The translations under genes and the position numbers were made by a program. Shown in pieces: positions 59,564-64,000 of a DNA stretch of 64,000 bases. Source of the stretch: Antedon mediterranea (taxonomy: Eukaryota; Animalia; Echinodermata); assembly GCF_964355755.1 (NCBI RefSeq), contig NC_092676.1:9215888-9279887 (forward strand), in the 5' to 3' direction. The notes beneath the pieces are model-generated. The model did not search any database. It saw only the letters and a list, made by a program, of their open reading frames with translations, and had not been told where the DNA came from. Positions within the stretch are counted from its first letter, which is position 1, and the number at the start of each line of letters is the position of its first letter.

Positions 59564-60280
59564 TAAAAAATACTGTATACACAATTTTAACTTTAACATT
59601 TGTATGTTTATATATATATATGGCACAGATCCCTGGTTTAATAAAGGTGACTTTATTTAAATTTTAATTACACGGCCTGCTAACAAGTAGACTACAACGT
59701 ACGGTTGAACTAGTGCCATCAAAACCGTGTATAGTTTGTAATATAAAGTAATTGTAATTTAATATAAATTAATATATCTTCATAAATATTTAGCTGCTGT
59801 TACCATGCAACTACTAACCTTTCCTCATAAATGGATACGATTCAATGTTCATCAAAGGATGTTCTGAAAAGTTCACTTTACGATTTGATTTCATTGAGTC
59901 AAATGAACATTGGAGAACGATGTCAGCAAGTTTTCCATCTGGAACTGGCCAACCCAGAAACTTGGATACTTTCAAAATAACACTAGAAAGATCCTTTAAA
60001 AACATGTACGGTAGTAATTATTAATTGTGATTATAACAGTAAGATACAATTTTAGTCCCTTTTGGAACAAATCATCCCTCACACCTGAGATATTTAACAA
60101 AAAAGTAACAATTTGATTTAATTACTGTACCTAAACTTGAGTGGTGTTATGTAAATCTTAGCGCACACATTGTAAATGTTATTATAAAGTGATACAAACC
60201 TGATGCATTTCTTCATACTTGACAAACAAAACATTTTTCTGTTTACGTTGACTCCACCAGTAAGTATTCATTTCAAACCA

Positions 60281-61582
60281 GAATTTTGCCAAGTATAGTA
60301 TTCACTTTGTATGTATGTATGTATGTATGTATGTTTGTTTGTTTGTTTGTTAGCACGATAGCGCCTACAGTTTTCAAGTTATCGTTCTTCATTTTTGGGT
60401 GTAGATAGGTACAGTATATACTTTCAGACCATGCACAAATAACAAAAATGATATTATTGTCAGACCGGCTAGTGTTAAAAGATAGGAGACAATTTTCAAA
60501 AGCCGGTGAGCAGTTTTAAAGTAACAAGTAAACTGAAATTGCATTTTCTCGAGAACTACTTGTACAAAAATCCTTATTTTTAGACAAGAAGCAAGGGTTA
60601 TAATTTTTGATTTGTAATTTTAAAACATAACTTGATTTAATGTACCAGTTTTTTAATACGAGTAGTTTAAAAAAAAGCTCTTTCTTTTAAAATCCACCCG
60701 TTTGTTTTTCGCGTTGCTGTTCCATTGTTAGTCAAATGAGACTATTGTTAGTTGACCATGTCTATTGAAAATCAACAAAATTGGTTTATTAATAACTTCA
60801 CAAATAATAAAAATGATATTATTGTCAGTCCGGCTAGTGTTAAAAGATAGGAGACAATTTTTAAAAGCCGGCGAGCAGTCTTAAAGTAACAAGTGTACTG
60901 AAATTACATTTTCTCGACAACTACTTGTCTAAAAAAACTCATTTTTGGACAAGAGGCAAGAGTTATAAATTGTGATTTGTAATTTTCAAAACATAATTTG
61001 ATTTAATGTACAGGTTTTTTAATACGAGTAGTTTAAAAAAAAGCTCTTTCTTTTAAAATCCACCCGTTTGTTTTTCGCGTTGCTGTTCCATTGTTAGTCA
61101 AATGAGACTATTGTTAGTTGATAATTAGTTTTTTAGTCATTTTATTATTTCATTCTCTGCATAGGTATATACTTACTGTCAGAACATGCCTATTGATTTT
61201 AAGGAAAATTGATATATTGGTCATGCCACAAAAGCTTATCTTCCATCGATATATTAAATAGAACACTGTATTCTTTTAACATGAACATATTCTTTGACAT
61301 GGATCAAAATATTAGTCGACTGGCAGGGGCGCCGCAAATCGCCACAGCTTCAAGACACTCCTCGACCATTATTCTGGTCAATCTTGATTTTAGAAAGGTC
61401 ATTTTTTTGCAATTCCGGAATTGTTTGTATTAAAAAATTATTTAAACAAAATTATTAACCCCAGCAGGATTTTAACATGTAAAGCTAATACATAAAGCAA
61501 AAACAAAATGTATCTTTCAACATGCTCCCAGTCAGTGGATATATTTTGACAAGTACTTCACTCAGTTTCTGAGTGCTTTCAT
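60281..61582 (+). mobile_element. Helentron-associated (HINE/DINE-1-like) non-autonomous element, copy 1, 5'-clipped
   Basis: (gtat)n(gttt)n microsatellite near the 5' end and a ~364-bp internal tandem repeat (60434, 60798). The 3' end has subterminal IR ttttgacaagta followed by hairpin cactcag-ttt-ctgagtg. Confidence 0.7.
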
Positions 61583-61584
61583 TT

Positions 61585-62155
61585 CTTTGTTTGTTTGTTA
61601 CTTGGCAAAAAGAATTTTGCCAAGTATAGTATTCACTTTGTTTGTATGTATGTTTGTATGTTTGTATGTTTGTATGTTTGTTTGTTTGTTTGTTTGTTAG
61701 CACGATAGCGCCTACAGTTTTCAAGTTATCGTTCTAAATTTTTGGGTGTAGATAGGTATATACCTTCAGACCATGTCTATTGAAAATCAACAAAATTGGT
61801 TTATTAATAACTTCACAAATAATAAAAATGATATTATTGTCAGTCCGGCTAGTGTTAAAAGATAGGAGACAATTTTCAAAAGCCGGCGAGCAGTCTTAAA
61901 GTAACAAGTGTACTGAAATTACATTTTCTCGACAACTACTTGTCTAAAAAAACTCATTTTTGGACAAGAGGCAAGAGTTATAAATTGTGATTTGTAATTT
62001 TCAAAACATAATTTGATTTAATGTACAGGTTTTTTTGAGACGAGTAGTTTTAAAAAACCTATTTCTTTTCAAATTCACCCGTTTGTTTTTCGCGTTGGTG
62101 TTCTATTGTTATTCAAATTAATCTATTGTTAGTTGATAATTAGTTTTTTTAGTAC
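61585..62155 (+). mobile_element. Same Helentron-associated element, copy 2, in tandem, interrupted on the right
   Basis: 5' hairpin tacttggcaaaa-agaa-ttttgccaagta, then the microsatellite and one core repeat. Confidence 0.7.
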
Positions 62156-62156
62156 C

Positions 62157-62305
62157 AGTGTGTGTCTTGGGTAGTAACAAAGTGCGAGGCAGCGAGGCAG
62201 GGAAGGCATGCGAGGCAAGTCAGAAATTTATGCGAGGCATCGTTTTACCATCATCAAAAAATGCGAGGCATCATTTTATCATTTCTCAAAATTGCAAGGC
62301 AGGAA
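62157..62305. mobile_element. End of a probable hAT-like DNA transposon
   Basis: Begins cagtg at the point where HINE homology stops and carries about 6 copies of the subterminal motif gcgaggca. The other end was not found in the window. Confidence 0.4.
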
Positions 62306-62374
62306 ATCACCGAAATTGAAGTAGCCCAGGCCTAGGTCCGCTAGGCTAGTTTTCTTTTGCACCTGCCTTGTATT

Positions 62375-63135
62375 TTAACCAACTTTATCCTGAATACCAC
62401 AGCTTAGAATTAGTAGGCCTACTTTAATGAAGAAAAATCACATAAAAGTAACAATAAATCCATTAAATTGGTGATTTTACAGACGTTGTTTTTCTCGCAT
62501 TTCGCACACTCAATGTTCAATATTTTGGTTTCTATGGAACGCCAAAAGAGCAAAATTAATTAAAGGGCTAAAAACTCTGTGGAATCCATTTATATTTAAC
62601 GCATTATTTGGTGAAAATCAAGTACAATTTCAATAGATTTTGTCACTGTCAGTAAGGAAAAATGTTACTGTTGATAATGTACACGGTTTCGTTAACCTTT
62701 TAAAGAATAAAATAGAAAAATTCATCATAATATCCTTAGTAGGATGTCCTAGGTCTAGACTAGGTAGTGATGTTGATTTAGGATCGATTATTATTCTTTG
62801 AAAACAGAACAGTATCAGCAGTAACATATTACAACATTTTTATTGACAAATTAACAAATATATTGAAATAAAACGTATTTTTCACCAATAAATGCATGAG
62901 AAATTGACGCATTCCACTGAGTTTTAGTCCTCTATTATCGTTGCTCTTTTGGCGCTCCATAGAAACAAAAATATTGAACATTGAATAAGTGAAATTAGCG
63001 AACAGTGTGCGAGAAACACGCCTGTAAAATCATTAATTTAAAGATTTATTTGTTACTTTTTATGTGATTCTTTCATTAAAGTACTCATGAGGTATACTTC
63101 TAAGGTGTGGTATTCACACGATAAAGTTAGTTATC
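62375..63135. repeat. Diverged long inverted repeat (~240-bp arms), probable old MITE
   Basis: About 62375-62620 is the reverse complement of about 62875-63135, e.g. tctatggaacgccaaaagagcaa versus ttgctcttttggcgctccataga. Confidence 0.75.
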
Positions 63136-64000
63136 AAATTTGGAGTAAAAATACAAGCAAAGGAAACTAGCGCCAGGTTTATTAGTACGTACATGGACAA
63201 CAATAAATAAAAATCGTTCGTAATATACCTAGCTTACTAAAACAGGAATAGTGTATCATTATTAAATATTACACCAATTATTATTTTATCAAAATTGATT
63301 AAATTATTTTCTACATAGGCCTCTTATCTAGGTTAGGGCTAAGCATATTAGCTAAAGTTTAATTTTAGGCCTAGTATTACAATTGTCGGACGTAAGTCTT
63401 TTTTCACACGCGCTCCAGAATTCTGTCGCAATTTTTTTCTTTGCGGCATGTTATTGGATCGGCATATAAGTTACCTTTTATTCACCGCCAGTTATTGAAC
63501 TTGTCCTGGCAATCGCTGTTCACCTTGTTTGCGAGAGAGGTACACGTGTTGTTCCTAGAGAATGGAATGTCAAAAATGTCTTTGGCACGCCGCTCAGAGA
63601 GAAGTCTGTGCGTTGCTGCTGAAACCACGTGCTATAGGAGGGGAATGCACCACAATCCTCTGAGCTGAGGGCTGAATCATTCCGCTACCTGCTAAATAGT
63701 AAAGAGGGATTTTCCATCTCTCGGGTCTACCGGATCTAGGCGCAGGGGTGTGACAAAATATTATTTTCACTCTGCTATGTTCGAGAGACATGTGAGTGAA
63801 CACGCTCGAAATGCCAACAAACATTGCAGTCATTTGATGAGTGTGTCGCTATAACAATTATTGTTTATCGAAAGTTGAAGACTGTCGTTCAGATTTTTGA
63901 ACCGTAGTTTGGGCACTTTTGTAAAAGTAAAATTTGACACGATATGACTTAAATGAAAAAACAATCGTTACATAAAAATAAACAACATGATGAATGTATA

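Larger units (their letters stand above)
58962..60280 (-). pseudogene. Cytosolic sulfotransferase (SULT family), last three exons, disrupted
   Basis: Exons ~60280-60200 (WFEMNTYWW...NVLFVKYEEMHQ), 59993-59819 (...CSFDSMK...FMRKG) and 59062-58962 (IVGDW...). RKG-xx-GDW is the PAPS-binding motif. The first of these exons runs directly into a mobile element with no splice acceptor. Confidence 0.8.

Noticed and set aside
63420-63840. GC-richer stretch with short ORFs on both strands
   Set aside because: No recognisable motif or splice structure. It may be a transposon interior or a 5' region, but this cannot be decided from the sequence.

Overview
AT-rich, intron-containing animal genomic DNA, probably a marine invertebrate (taxon inferred, not proven). 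Two de novo purine biosynthesis genes lie here. A complete 21-coding-exon PFAS (FGAM synthase, about 1355 aa) is on the minus strand at 10515-19250. The last 12 exons of trifunctional GART (about 812 aa, lacking the N-terminal ~200 aa) are on the plus strand at 49503-57967. A disrupted cytosolic sulfotransferase follows on the minus strand. PFAS is bracketed by a near-identical direct repeat (1-10357 and 20535-49390). The second copy ends inside PFAS 3' UTR-like sequence only 112 bp before an internal GART splice acceptor, so PFAS appears tandemly amplified, circularly permuted, and possibly nested antisense inside a GART intron. Only the second copy carries three young insertions: (1) a 15.9 kb Foldback-like element made almost entirely of a 181/190-bp satellite in two inverted arms, with a 9-bp TSD; (2) a ~70-bp poly(A) retro-fragment; (3) an intact single-ORF CR1-type LINE encoding a viral-type 2A (StopGo) peptide ahead of its endonuclease. 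Degenerate Gypsy, LINE, MITE, SINE and Helentron-associated elements fill the rest. All alignments and exon calls were made by eye.
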